From the IMG/VR virus record IMGVR_UViG_3300023174_000061: a stretch of DNA of 64,000 bases; one strand, written 5' to 3'. This document shows positions 21,815-31,393 of the stretch, piece by piece; within the stretch, counting starts at the first letter, position 1; every line of letters starts with the position of its first letter. Made by a program: the position numbers and the translations under genes. Source of the DNA: a virus. The notes beneath the pieces were generated by a model. The model made no database searches and was not told the DNA's origin. It saw only the letters and a list, made by a program, of their open reading frames with translations.

Positions 21815-22600
21815 ATGTCATATAATCCTCTTCCTCAACCATCACAATCTGTAATTTTTACAGGTGCAGGAAATACAGTAGTAAGTTTTTCCAATCCATT
21901 TCCAGTATCATTAGGTTCTTCTAATATTACGATTACTGGTGATGTAAATGTAGGAACAACAGTATCAGTCACAAGCACTCCACAAGACCCAGTACATACT
22001 CATATTACAGAAGTTGGTTCAAGTGGTATTTTGCAGGATATGGGTATTCCTTATCTTCCAGTAGGTATATCAACTTTTAATAATATTATAGTTATCAAAC
22101 AATCTGAAGGCAGTTTATATTCATTCAACAATCACGCAACAAATACAAATCGTGGTTGGACTATGGATGATACAATGAGACCCGTAATGAGTATTAGAGT
22201 GAATAGTTCTGGAACTACTATAGCAGATTTGGCAGAAATTACGGAATATGAAATTGGAAATAATAATGCCAATCAAAGTACTATCATCTATGAGTGGTAT
22301 GAGGGTGATATTAATATTGCTGGAGCAGCAATTCCTGCTTGGAATTCATTAGGAACAAAATTACAATATAGAGTATATCAAGATAAGTATAGTAGTAATG
22401 CAGGAAATACCTTCACACAAAATAGTTCTGTCATGAGACATAGTGGAGTTATTATTGGAAAAAATACTTCTGATGATGAAGGACCATCAACTATGCATGG
22501 TGGAGCATCTCCAAATATGCTTACACTTTGTATGAAAAGAGTTGACAACTCAACCAAATTAGATGTTTGGTTTGCTTTTACTTGTAAAGAATTATCGTAA
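21815..22600 (+). CDS. Hypothetical, probably virion protein (261 aa)
   Basis: Ser/Thr/Asn-rich and beta-like; lies within the head gene block. Confidence 0.55.
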   Translation: MSYNPLPQPSQSVIFTGAGNTVVSFSNPFPVSLGSSNITITGDVNVGTTVSVTSTPQDPVHTHITEVGSSGILQDMGIPYLPVGISTFNNIIVIKQSEGSLYSFNNHATNTNRGWTMDDTMRPVMSIRVNSSGTTIADLAEITEYEIGNNNANQSTIIYEWYEGDINIAGAAIPAWNSLGTKLQYRVYQDKYSSNAGNTFTQNSSVMRHSGVIIGKNTSDDEGPSTMHGGASPNMLTLCMKRVDNSTKLDVWFAFTCKELS

Positions 22601-22633
22601 ATACTAAATAACTAATATAGTCTAATTATTACA

Positions 22634-23188
22634 ATGTCCGTATATAAGATTGTACAAAAGATTACACCATTGACAATGACTGGTGCAGCAGTAACCAGCA
22701 ATCCAATTGCTTTGAGGTCTGGTTTTTTGAGAATTGTTCCAGAACAAGATGCTTATGTTGAGGTTGCTCCAACTCCAACGATTAGCACTTCTACAAGTGC
22801 TAGCATTTTTGTTAAAGCAGGAACTGAACTTGTATTAAAAGAAACAGCAATTACTCAAACTATTGTTGGTGTTACTACTGGTACTACTACTATTGTAACT
22901 TTACCAGAAGGTACTTTCTCTGATTTTTCTGCTGGTGATATTGTTGAACTTACTGGTGTTGTTCCAGCAGGTATTAACACAACAGCAGCAACCGTTGCTT
23001 CAGTAAATGCAACAAACAGTGCGGGAACAGGTGGATTTAACAGAGTAATTACTCTTACTTGGAATACTTCAACTCAAGGTGCTCTAATCACTACTTCCAC
23101 TGGTGTTTTGAGAAGAACAACAAAAGTTGCTGCTTATGGAGCAAGTGGAAAACTCCACATCACAGAAATTCAAATCGCAGGTGGTTAA
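22634..23188 (+). CDS. Conserved hypothetical head-region protein (184 aa)
   Basis: CTAAATA upstream; terminal LHITEIQIAGG; directly precedes gp21. Confidence 0.6.
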   Translation: MSVYKIVQKITPLTMTGAAVTSNPIALRSGFLRIVPEQDAYVEVAPTPTISTSTSASIFVKAGTELVLKETAITQTIVGVTTGTTTIVTLPEGTFSDFSAGDIVELTGVVPAGINTTAATVASVNATNSAGTGGFNRVITLTWNTSTQGALITTSTGVLRRTTKVAAYGASGKLHITEIQIAGG

Positions 23189-23192
23189 TCCA

Positions 23193-23843
23193 ATGAAACT
23201 TATCACAGAAGAAATCGAAAAGGTTAAAGTTATTGTTGAAGAAACCAACGGTAAAAAGTCTCTTTTTATTGAAGGTATTTTTCTTCAAGCAAATAAACCA
23301 AATAGAAACAAGCGTCTCTATGAAATGAGAACTCTCGAAAGAGAAGTCAAAAGATATAATGAAAATTATATTCAAAAGGGCCGTGCTCTTGGAGAACTAG
23401 GTCACCCTGATGGTCCTTCTTTAAACCTTGATAGAGTTTCTCATAAAATTGTTTGCTTAGAGAGAGTTGGAGATAATTTCAAAGGAAGAGCAAAAATTCT
23501 TTCCACTCCTATGGGAAAAATTGCAGAATCTCTTCTTGGTGAAGGTGTGATGTTGGGTGTTTCTTCTCGTGGTGTTGGTTCATTAATTCCAACTAACGAA
23601 GGATATTCAGTAGTTGGTGAAGACTTTATGCTTGCGACTGCTGCTGATATTGTTGCTGACCCTTCTGCTCCTGATGCTTTTGTGAACGGAATTATGGAAG
23701 GAAAAGAGTGGTGTTGGGAAGGTGGAATTCTCCGTGAAAAAGCAGCAGAAGCAGCAAAGAGAAAAATAAACGCATTAGTAGATCAAAAACGTTTGGACGA
23801 ACAGAAAGTTGATCTGTTCCAGAACTTTTTATCAAATCTTTAA
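23193..23843 (+). CDS. gp21: Prohead core scaffold protease gp21
   Basis: Start MKLITEE; ALGELGHP, VSHKI, GVSSRGVGS, DIVADPSAPDAFV motifs. Confidence 0.95.
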   Translation: MKLITEEIEKVKVIVEETNGKKSLFIEGIFLQANKPNRNKRLYEMRTLEREVKRYNENYIQKGRALGELGHPDGPSLNLDRVSHKIVCLERVGDNFKGRAKILSTPMGKIAESLLGEGVMLGVSSRGVGSLIPTNEGYSVVGEDFMLATAADIVADPSAPDAFVNGIMEGKEWCWEGGILREKAAEAAKRKINALVDQKRLDEQKVDLFQNFLSNL

Positions 23844-23845
23844 AT

Positions 23846-23853
23846 TATAAATA
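23846..23853 (+). promoter_or_regulatory. Late promoter upstream of gp22
   Basis: TATAAATA. Confidence 0.8.
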
Positions 23854-23891
23854 AATAAAGATTAAACATACAGGTTAATCGGAGAGATCAA

Positions 23892-25106
23892 ATGTCCCGT
23901 GGTAAAAACTTACAAGAAATGGAAACAGGCACTAAACAATCTAAAACTGCTGTAAATGCTGGTGCAAAAGCAGCAGATCCAATGCAGAAGTTAACCACAG
24001 GCATTCCTGATGGTCAAACTGGTAGTTGGGAAGATCTTGGAGGACCAACTCCAGAGAACTACAAATCAGATGATGATTCTGCAAAACTTGCAATTCCTGG
24101 TGCAACTCTTAAGCAAGTTAAGAATGTTGTAAACAAGGGTGCAAAAGCAGCAGATGCTATGAAGACTCTTTCTAAAGAATCAGTCGAAGAAGATGAGGAC
24201 GAAGAACTCATCGAAGACGAGGCTGAGTATGATGAAGATGAAGTAGTTTCTGAAGCAAAGAAAAAGTCTTCCAAAGAAGATGAAGAGGGTGAAGATGAAG
24301 AGGGTGAAGATGAAGATAGTGAAGAAGATGATGAAGAGGACAAAAAAGAAAAAGCAATGAAAGAGGCATTTGCCCAAATCGAAGAAGAAATCGAAGAGGA
24401 CGTAAATGCACTTCTTTCTGGTGAAGAACTCTCCGAAGATTTTAAGGTAAAAGCAAAAACAGTTTTCGAAGCTGCTTTAAATGCAAGAACCGAACAAATC
24501 GAAGAAGCAATCGTTCATCAATACGAGCAAAGACTTTCGGAAGAAGTAGAAGCAATTAAAGAAGAATTAACTGACCGTCTTGATGCATACCTTGAGTATG
24601 TGTCAGAAGAGTGGTTGCAAGAAAATGCTCTTGAAGTAGAGCAAGGACTTAAGACCGAAATGACCGAATCATTCCTTCAAGGAATGAAGGGTCTTTTTGA
24701 AGATCATTATGTAACAATCCCTGAAGATAGATATGATGTACTTGAGAGTATGGTAGAAAAACTTGATGAAATGGAGAATAAACTCAACGAGCAAATCGAT
24801 AAGAATGTTGCTCTTAATAGAAGATTAGCAGAGTCGGTTACTGAAGTAATCTTTGCCGAAGTCTCTGAAGGTCTTGCACTTTCACAGAAGGATAAACTCG
24901 CTTCTCTTGCTGAAAATGTTGAGTTTGATAGTGAAGGTAGCTATCGTGAGAAACTGGTAACGTTAAGGGAATCATATTTCCCTAGAAACACTGGTACTCA
25001 AAGAGACAACTCGGATTATATCGCAGAAGAAACTGATTATTCGCAACCAGTATCTGGTTCGATGTCTAGATATCTCGATACACTCCAAAGAGTTTCTAAA
25101 AAGTGA
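23892..25106 (+). CDS. gp22: Prohead core scaffold protein gp22
   Basis: Very acidic coiled coil; ELSEDFK.KAKTVFEAA, YLEYVSEEW motifs; lies between gp21 and gp23. Confidence 0.93.
   Translation: MSRGKNLQEMETGTKQSKTAVNAGAKAADPMQKLTTGIPDGQTGSWEDLGGPTPENYKSDDDSAKLAIPGATLKQVKNVVNKGAKAADAMKTLSKESVEEDEDEELIEDEAEYDEDEVVSEAKKKSSKEDEEGEDEEGEDEDSEEDDEEDKKEKAMKEAFAQIEEEIEEDVNALLSGEELSEDFKVKAKTVFEAALNARTEQIEEAIVHQYEQRLSEEVEAIKEELTDRLDAYLEYVSEEWLQENALEVEQGLKTEMTESFLQGMKGLFEDHYVTIPEDRYDVLESMVEKLDEMENKLNEQIDKNVALNRRLAESVTEVIFAEVSEGLALSQKDKLASLAENVEFDSEGSYREKLVTLRESYFPRNTGTQRDNSDYIAEETDYSQPVSGSMSRYLDTLQRVSKK
24276..24320 (+). repeat. 15-nt tandem repeat in gp22 (EDEEG x2 plus a degenerate copy)
   Basis: GAAGATGAAGAGGGT x2 followed by GAAGATGAAGATAGT. 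Confidence 0.7.
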
Positions 25107-25156
25107 TTTTTAAATTATAACAATCAAACTAAAACTTTTTTAAAGAGGTAAAACAA

Positions 25157-26590
25157 ATGCAAATGTTCAACGCAGAACATCTGCAGGAGAAGTGGGCACC
25201 ACTCCTTGACTATCAGGGACTTGATGGAATCAAAGATTCACATCGTAGAATGGTAACCGCAGTTCTCCTGGAGAATCAAGAGAAATTCCTTCGTGAGGAA
25301 AGAGAATTCCTTGGCGAAGCATCATATAGTGGTTCAACTACTAGTAGTGCTGGTTTTGGTGGTGGATATGGTGCTAGTGGAAACGCAGCAGCTGGTCCAG
25401 TTGCAGGTTTCGACCCTGTTCTAATCAGCTTAATCCGTCGTTCAATGCCTAACTTGGTCGCATATGACCTCGCAGGTGTTCAACCAATGAACGGTCCCAC
25501 AGGACTCATCTTCGCAATGCGTTCACGTTATACCAGTCAATCAGGTGCTGAAGCATTCTTCGATGAAGTTGATACTCAGTTCTCTGGAAGAAAGGGAACT
25601 CAAACCCAGTATGCTGTTGATCCTACTATTGAAGCAAACGTAGGTTTCGGTACTACTGCTTCACAAACTGGTAGCAACCCCGGTCTTCTGAATGCTGTTG
25701 GTACTGCTGGTACTTCCTACAACGTAGGTGGTGGTATGGCTACCTATGATGCAGAAAGACTTGGTGCATCAGGTTCTGAAAGTTTCAACGAAATGGCATT
25801 CTCAATCGAGAAAGTCACCGTTACTGCAAAGTCAAGAGCACTCAAGGCTGAGTATTCATTAGAGCTCGCACAAGACCTCAAGGCAATTCATGGTCTGAAT
25901 GCTGAAGCGGAATTGGCAAACATTCTCTCAACTGAGATTCTTGCTGAAATCAACCGTGAAGTTATTCGTACCATCTACAAGACTGCTGAAGCTGGTGCTC
26001 AGTTCAACACTGCTACTGCTGGTACTTTTGACCTTGACGTTGATTCCAACGGTCGTTGGTCGGTTGAGAAATTCAAAGGTCTTATCTTCCAAATCGAGCG
26101 TGATGCTAACGCAATCGCACAAAGAACTCGTAGAGGAAAAGGCAACATCATCATGTGTTCTTCGGATGTTGCTTCTGCACTTTCGATGGCTGGTCTTCTT
26201 GACTACACCCCTGCACTCAATGCAAACCTTAACGTAGACGATACTGGCAATACTTTTGCTGGTGTTCTTAACGGTAAGTATAAAGTTTATATCGACCCAT
26301 ATTCGGGTGGTGCTGGTAACCCAGCAACTGGTGCAACTGGTGGTCAGTACTATGTTGTCGGTTATAAGGGTTCTTCCCCTTATGATGCAGGTCTCTTCTA
26401 TTGTCCTTATGTTCCTCTCCAAATGGTTCGTGCCGTTGGTGAGAACACCTTCCAACCAAAAATTGGCTTTAAGACCCGTTATGGTCTTGTTGCTAACCCA
26501 TTTGCAGAAGGTAAAACACAAGGTCTTGGTCAAATTTCGACCAACTCAAACCGTTACTACAGAAGAGTACAGGTTTCTAACCTTATGTGA
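25157..26590 (+). CDS. gp23: Major capsid protein gp23
   Basis: FDPVLISLIRR, GVQPMNGPTGLIFAMR, TAKSRALKAEYS.ELAQDLKA.HG, FQPKIGFKTRYG motifs; putative maturation site FLGE|A. Confidence 0.99.
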   Translation: MQMFNAEHLQEKWAPLLDYQGLDGIKDSHRRMVTAVLLENQEKFLREEREFLGEASYSGSTTSSAGFGGGYGASGNAAAGPVAGFDPVLISLIRRSMPNLVAYDLAGVQPMNGPTGLIFAMRSRYTSQSGAEAFFDEVDTQFSGRKGTQTQYAVDPTIEANVGFGTTASQTGSNPGLLNAVGTAGTSYNVGGGMATYDAERLGASGSESFNEMAFSIEKVTVTAKSRALKAEYSLELAQDLKAIHGLNAEAELANILSTEILAEINREVIRTIYKTAEAGAQFNTATAGTFDLDVDSNGRWSVEKFKGLIFQIERDANAIAQRTRRGKGNIIMCSSDVASALSMAGLLDYTPALNANLNVDDTGNTFAGVLNGKYKVYIDPYSGGAGNPATGATGGQYYVVGYKGSSPYDAGLFYCPYVPLQMVRAVGENTFQPKIGFKTRYGLVANPFAEGKTQGLGQISTNSNRYYRRVQVSNLM

Positions 26591-26611
26591 GTTTCTTTCA
26601 CATTTTTCTTG

Positions 26612-26634
26612 GGGTCCGAAAGGACCCTTTTTTT
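26612..26634 (+). terminator. Intrinsic terminator after gp23
   Basis: GGGTCC-GAAA-GGACCC followed by a T tract; late promoter TATAAATA follows at 26640. Confidence 0.85.
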
Positions 26635-26656
26635 ATGCCTATAAATAAAAATAAAA

Positions 26657-27199
26657 ATGGCTTCACCCTCGTTATCAAATCAAATTGGAAACAAAAACTA
26701 CCTATCTCCATTAGGTTTTAAGTTTGTATTAGCAAAGTATCCAAAAATTGATTTCTTTTCTAATTCCGCAGAAATACCTGGAATTAATCTTGGTGTAGCA
26801 ATTCAACCTACTTATTTGAAAGATATTCCAATTCCTGGTGATAAGATAACTTATGATGATTTTAATTTAAAATTTTTTGTTGATGAAAATTTAGAAAATT
26901 ATCTTCAAGTTCATAATTGGATAAGAGGTCTTGGATACCCAGAGAACGTTGGGGAATACCAAGAATTTCTCAATCAAGACCCATACAATCCAGGAGTTCA
27001 AAACGCATCTTCGGGTCAATCTGATGGAAGTTTAATCATTTACAACAGCAATTACAATCCAGTAGCATCAGTTAGTTTTAAAGGTTTATTTCCAACATCA
27101 CTTTCTACAATTAATTTTGATGCTACCAATACTGACGTTCAATATGTAACAGCACAGGTAAACTTCAAGTATACTTTATATGATATAACAACTTATTGA
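26657..27199 (+). CDS. gp3: Tail completion / sheath stabilizer gp3
   Basis: NYLSPLGFKF, IPGDKITY, F.VDENLENY..VHNW motifs. Confidence 0.85.
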   Translation: MASPSLSNQIGNKNYLSPLGFKFVLAKYPKIDFFSNSAEIPGINLGVAIQPTYLKDIPIPGDKITYDDFNLKFFVDENLENYLQVHNWIRGLGYPENVGEYQEFLNQDPYNPGVQNASSGQSDGSLIIYNSNYNPVASVSFKGLFPTSLSTINFDATNTDVQYVTAQVNFKYTLYDITTY

Positions 27200-27203
27200 A
27201 ACT

Positions 27204-27632
27204 ATGAACCTTGATGAAATACAATTATTATGGGAAAAGGATTCAATTATAGACCAAGATAATTTACACGATGAGTCTATCAAAATACCTGCTCTTCATG
27301 CAAAATATTATAAACTTTATAACAATATTCTTCTTCTTCGAAAACTAGAAGAAAACAAATATAAGATTTTAAAAAAAGAAAAATGGATGTATTACTCTGG
27401 TAAAGCAGAACCAGAAGTATATAAAGAAAAACCATTTGACCATAAGGTTTTGAAACCGGATATAGATAAGTATATGGATGCTGATAAAGACTTAATTAAA
27501 ATAGTATCCAAAATAGACTATTACCAAACGATGCTTAGTTATTTGGAAAGTATATTAAAAACAATCTTAAATAGAACTTATCAAATAAAGAATGCGATTG
27601 AATACATGAGATTTGCAGCAGGATATGGCTAA
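27204..27632 (+). CDS. uvsY: Recombination mediator UvsY
   Basis: ESIKIPALHAKY, YYSGKA, RTYQIKNAIE motifs. Confidence 0.9.
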   Translation: MNLDEIQLLWEKDSIIDQDNLHDESIKIPALHAKYYKLYNNILLLRKLEENKYKILKKEKWMYYSGKAEPEVYKEKPFDHKVLKPDIDKYMDADKDLIKIVSKIDYYQTMLSYLESILKTILNRTYQIKNAIEYMRFAAGYG

Positions 27633-29088
27633 TATTATTATACAAAAAAAGAACGAGATTTATTTAAAAGTCGAAACAGAACCACATATTCATCAAGAGT
27701 TATCTGAGCATTTTACTTTTGATGTCCCTGGAGCAAAATTTATGCCCCAGTATAGGAGCAAATATTGGGATGGAAAAATAAGACTTTATAGTAATCATAC
27801 TGGTGAACTATATGTTGGTCTTTTGGATAAACTAGTTGCTTGGGCAAAAAACTGTGAATATACGGTAGAGTTCAAAGATAATAAGTTTTATGGTTCTCCA
27901 TTTGAGGAGAATGAAATGATTTCGGTGGAAGGTGTCTCTGATTATATGAAGAGTATATCAAGGCACGAACCAAGAGACTATCAAGTAGATGCTGTGTATG
28001 ATGCTCTCAGGTATAATCGTAAGCTTTTAATTTCTCCAACTGCTTCTGGTAAGTCTTTGATGATTTACTCAATCGTTAGATACTTTGTAGAAAAGGAACA
28101 TAATATTTTACTAATTGTTCCTACTACTTCATTAGTAGAACAAATGTATAAAGACTTTGAGGATTATGGGTGGAATGCCGAAGAATATTGCCATAAGATT
28201 TACTCTGGTAAAGAAAAATCTACAAATAAAAATGTAGTCATTACAACCTGGCAGAGTATTTACAACTTACCAAGAACATTCTTTGAGAAATTTGATGTGG
28301 TGATTGGGGATGAAGCACACCAATTTAAGTCTAAATCTTTGGTTGGTATTATGACAAAGATGGACAATACAAAGTATCGTTTTGGGTTCACTGGTACTTT
28401 GGATGGTTCGCAAACTCACAAGTGGGTTCTGGAGGGTTTATTCGGTCCCTCATACAAGGTTACGCAGACACAGGAACTTATTGAAAAAGGTTATCTATCA
28501 AAACTACAAATCAAAGTTCTTTTATTAAAACATAACGAACATCAGTTTGATGAATACGAAGAAGAAATTCAGTATTTGATTACCCACGACAAGAGAAATA
28601 ATTTTATTAAAAACTTATCTTTGGATTTGAAGGGTAATACTTTAATTCTTTATAGTCGTGTTGAAACTCACGGGCAACCTTTGTATGAGATGATAAATAG
28701 TTCAGCAGCAAAAGATAGAAAAATATTTTTTGTCTACGGTGGTGTGGATGCTGAAGAAAGAGAAAAGGTAAGAGAAATTACCGAAAAAGAAAACGATTCA
28801 ATTATCGTTGCTTCATACGGAACATTTAGTACTGGTATTAATATTAAAAATCTCCATAATATTATCTTTGCTAGTCCAAGTAAATCAAGAGTAAGAAATT
28901 TACAATCTATCGGTAGAGTTCTCCGAAAAGGAGAAAACAAAAATAAAGCAGTTCTTTACGATATTGCAGACGACATTACTTACAAATCAAAAAAGAATTA
29001 TACTTTAAATCATTTAATCGAAAGAATTAAAATTTATAATGAAGAAAAGTTTAATTATGAAATTATACAACTAGACTTTAAGAAATAA
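27625..29088 (+). CDS. uvsW: SF2 helicase UvsW
   Basis: WDGKIRL, SPTASGKS, DEAH, GFTGT, QSIGRVLR motifs. Confidence 0.95.
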   Translation: MANIIIQKKNEIYLKVETEPHIHQELSEHFTFDVPGAKFMPQYRSKYWDGKIRLYSNHTGELYVGLLDKLVAWAKNCEYTVEFKDNKFYGSPFEENEMISVEGVSDYMKSISRHEPRDYQVDAVYDALRYNRKLLISPTASGKSLMIYSIVRYFVEKEHNILLIVPTTSLVEQMYKDFEDYGWNAEEYCHKIYSGKEKSTNKNVVITTWQSIYNLPRTFFEKFDVVIGDEAHQFKSKSLVGIMTKMDNTKYRFGFTGTLDGSQTHKWVLEGLFGPSYKVTQTQELIEKGYLSKLQIKVLLLKHNEHQFDEYEEEIQYLITHDKRNNFIKNLSLDLKGNTLILYSRVETHGQPLYEMINSSAAKDRKIFFVYGGVDAEEREKVREITEKENDSIIVASYGTFSTGINIKNLHNIIFASPSKSRVRNLQSIGRVLRKGENKNKAVLYDIADDITYKSKKNYTLNHLIERIKIYNEEKFNYEIIQLDFKK

Positions 29089-29478
29089 ATGGAAGAAGAT
29101 TTTTATGCTATCATTAAATTAATATCAGGTGAAGAAATACTTTCCAAAGTTTGTCCTTGTGATGAAGACGATAGGATTGTGTTAATTTTAGATAATCCTA
29201 TCACTATGGAGTCCATAACAATTCGTCAACTTGGAATATCAACTATCAAAGTAAGTCCTTGGATAAAGTTTGCTGATGATAGTATGTTTGTAATGGATAT
29301 GGAAAAAGTCATAACAATGACTGAAATAAACGATGAAGATTTAATTAAAATGCATCAAAAGTTTGTTAGGGAGAGAAATAAAAAATCCAATAAAAGTGAA
29401 GTCACTTCTAAAATGGGTTACTTATCTTCTATTGCTGATGCGAGAATATCCTTAGAGAAACTATATAAATCTGTTTAA
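29089..29478 (+). CDS. Conserved hypothetical protein (Sm-like fold suspected)
   Basis: IKLISGEEIL...NPI...PWI pattern; lies between uvsW and gp55. Confidence 0.65.
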   Translation: MEEDFYAIIKLISGEEILSKVCPCDEDDRIVLILDNPITMESITIRQLGISTIKVSPWIKFADDSMFVMDMEKVITMTEINDEDLIKMHQKFVRERNKKSNKSEVTSKMGYLSSIADARISLEKLYKSV

Positions 29479-29481
29479 AGA

Positions 29482-29517
29482 TATAACTTATCTTCAACCC
29501 TAACAGAGTGATTATAG
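29482..29517 (-). repeat. 36-nt element, copy 1 (exact reverse complement of 59616-59651)
   Basis: Minus strand reads CTATAATCACTCTGTTAGGGTTGAAGATAAGTTATA. Confidence 0.9.
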
Positions 29518-29539
29518 ACACATTCTGTGTAGTTGTCAA
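29511..29539 (-). promoter_or_regulatory. Perfect sigma70-type promoter on the minus strand (antisense to the gene block)
   Basis: Minus strand reads TTGACA (29539-29534), N17, TATAAT (29516-29511). Confidence 0.75.
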
Positions 29540-29562
29540 CTATTGCTATTGTGTGTTATAAT
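29533..29562 (+). promoter_or_regulatory. Sigma70-type promoter for gp55
   Basis: TTGTCA-N18-TATAAT with an extended TG motif. Confidence 0.55.
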
Positions 29563-29580
29563 AAGGAAAAGTAATTAATT

Positions 29581-30066
29581 ATGTTAATTTCAAAAATGAA
29601 TAAGGTAAAGAAAAATCCACATTATGTAAATAATAAAGATTTTCACGATGCTTTGGTAAATTATAAAATTAAAGTAAATTCGGCAAAGGAAAAAGGTTTA
29701 CCTAATCCAATCATTCCGAATTATCTTGGTGATTGTTTTCTAAAAATTGCAACTCATTTATCATATCGTCCAAACTTTGTGAATTATATGTTCCGTGAAG
29801 ATATGATTTCTGATGGTGTTGAGAATTGCGTTCAGTATATCAATAATTTTGATGTAGAACGTACAAATCCATTTGCGTATTTTACGCAGATTGTTTATTA
29901 TGCTTTCTTGCGTCGTATTCAGAAAGAAAAAAGACAAATGGAAATCAAAGAAAAAATTCTTGAGAAAAGTGGTTTCGACCAAGTATTTTCTGTTGATGGT
30001 GATGGATTTAGTTCTTCTGACTATAATACAATCAAAGAAAACATTCAAATGAAACAATATCAATGA
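29581..30066 (+). CDS. gp55: Late-transcription sigma factor gp55
   Basis: HYVNNK, YRPNFVNY..REDMISDG.ENC, NPFAYFTQI.YYAFLRRI.KEK motifs. Confidence 0.95.
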   Translation: MLISKMNKVKKNPHYVNNKDFHDALVNYKIKVNSAKEKGLPNPIIPNYLGDCFLKIATHLSYRPNFVNYMFREDMISDGVENCVQYINNFDVERTNPFAYFTQIVYYAFLRRIQKEKRQMEIKEKILEKSGFDQVFSVDGDGFSSSDYNTIKENIQMKQYQ

Positions 30067-31106
30067 AAATTGGATTGATAACAGACAGTCACTATGGGTT
30101 CCGCAAAGCAAATAAAGCGTTTCACGAGTATTTTGCTAAATTTTATGATGAAATCTTTTTTCCAACATTAAAGAAAAATAAAATTAAAACAGTCATTCAT
30201 TTGGGTGATGCTTTTGATAGTCGTAAGGGTATTGATTACTGGGCTCTCGATTGGGCAAAAGAAAATGTTTATGATAGATTTCAAGATTTAGGAATTACTG
30301 TTTATAATATTGTAGGAAATCACGATGCTTATTACAAAAATAGTAATGAAATCAATGCAATAGATACACTTCTTCAACAATATTATAATGTAGTTAGAGT
30401 TTCAAAACCAACAGAATATAATATTGAAGGAATGGAAGCAGTTCTTCTTCCTTGGATATGTACTGATAATGAAAAAGAAACTTTTGAACTTCTTGATAAC
30501 ACAAAAGCAAAAGTTGTTTTTGGTCATCTTGAATTGAATGGATTTTCAGTTTATCCAGGACAATATCAACAGGAAGGATTGGATAAAAAGGTATTTCAAA
30601 AGTTTGATAGAGTTTATTCGGGACATTATCATACTCGTAGTGATGATGGAAAAATCTTTTATCTCGGAAATCCATACCAAATGTTTTGGAATGATTTAAA
30701 TGATAAAAGAGGATTTCATATCTTTGATACGGATGACTATAAATTAGATTACTATCAAAATCCTCATACAATGTTTGAGAGAGTTTATTATGAAAATAAT
30801 AATCCAAAAGATTTTGACGCATCTTATTTGACCGATAAAATGGTTAAAATCGTTGTTCGTCAAAGGGATGACTATAAGATGTTTGATAAGTTTGTTGACG
30901 CAATAGTTAAAGCAAATCCATTAGAACTTAAAATTATTGAGAATGTTGATGTTTATGATGAAGATGTAAATTATGATGAAATCCCTACAGAGGATACATT
31001 GAGTATTTTGGATAAATATGTGGAAGAGTCTGAATTCGAATTAGACAAAAACACAATCAAAAAACTTTTAAGGGAATTTTATAGAGAAGCATTGGAAGTA
31101 GAATAA
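30063..31106 (+). CDS. gp47: Recombination endonuclease gp47 (Mre11-like)
   Basis: DSHYG, HLGD.FD, GNHD, GHYH metallophosphoesterase motifs. Confidence 0.95.
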   Translation: MKIGLITDSHYGFRKANKAFHEYFAKFYDEIFFPTLKKNKIKTVIHLGDAFDSRKGIDYWALDWAKENVYDRFQDLGITVYNIVGNHDAYYKNSNEINAIDTLLQQYYNVVRVSKPTEYNIEGMEAVLLPWICTDNEKETFELLDNTKAKVVFGHLELNGFSVYPGQYQQEGLDKKVFQKFDRVYSGHYHTRSDDGKIFYLGNPYQMFWNDLNDKRGFHIFDTDDYKLDYYQNPHTMFERVYYENNNPKDFDASYLTDKMVKIVVRQRDDYKMFDKFVDAIVKANPLELKIIENVDVYDEDVNYDEIPTEDTLSILDKYVEESEFELDKNTIKKLLREFYREALEVE

Positions 31107-31393
31107 TGTTTATACTCACCATTTTAGAAAAAGAAGAAGAAGGTGCATACGCAGTAACCGATGCTAATGGTGAGAAAGCATTATATTTTTTTGAAGAAGA
31201 GGATGATGCTGAAAGGTATGCTGGTCTTCTAATGGCTGAAGATTATCCAGAAATGACTGTGATAGAAGTTGATGATGAAATGGGAATAAAGACTTGTGAG
31301 ATGTATGGATATAATTATGTTATAATTAGCCCAAATGAATTTGTGATACCACCAAGAGATTATGATACTATTCAAACGAATCGCATATCGTAA
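31106..31393 (+). CDS. Conserved hypothetical acidic protein (95 aa)
   Basis: FEEEDDAERYA.LL motif; lies between gp47 and gp46. Confidence 0.7.
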   Translation: MFILTILEKEEEGAYAVTDANGEKALYFFEEEDDAERYAGLLMAEDYPEMTVIEVDDEMGIKTCEMYGYNYVIISPNEFVIPPRDYDTIQTNRIS

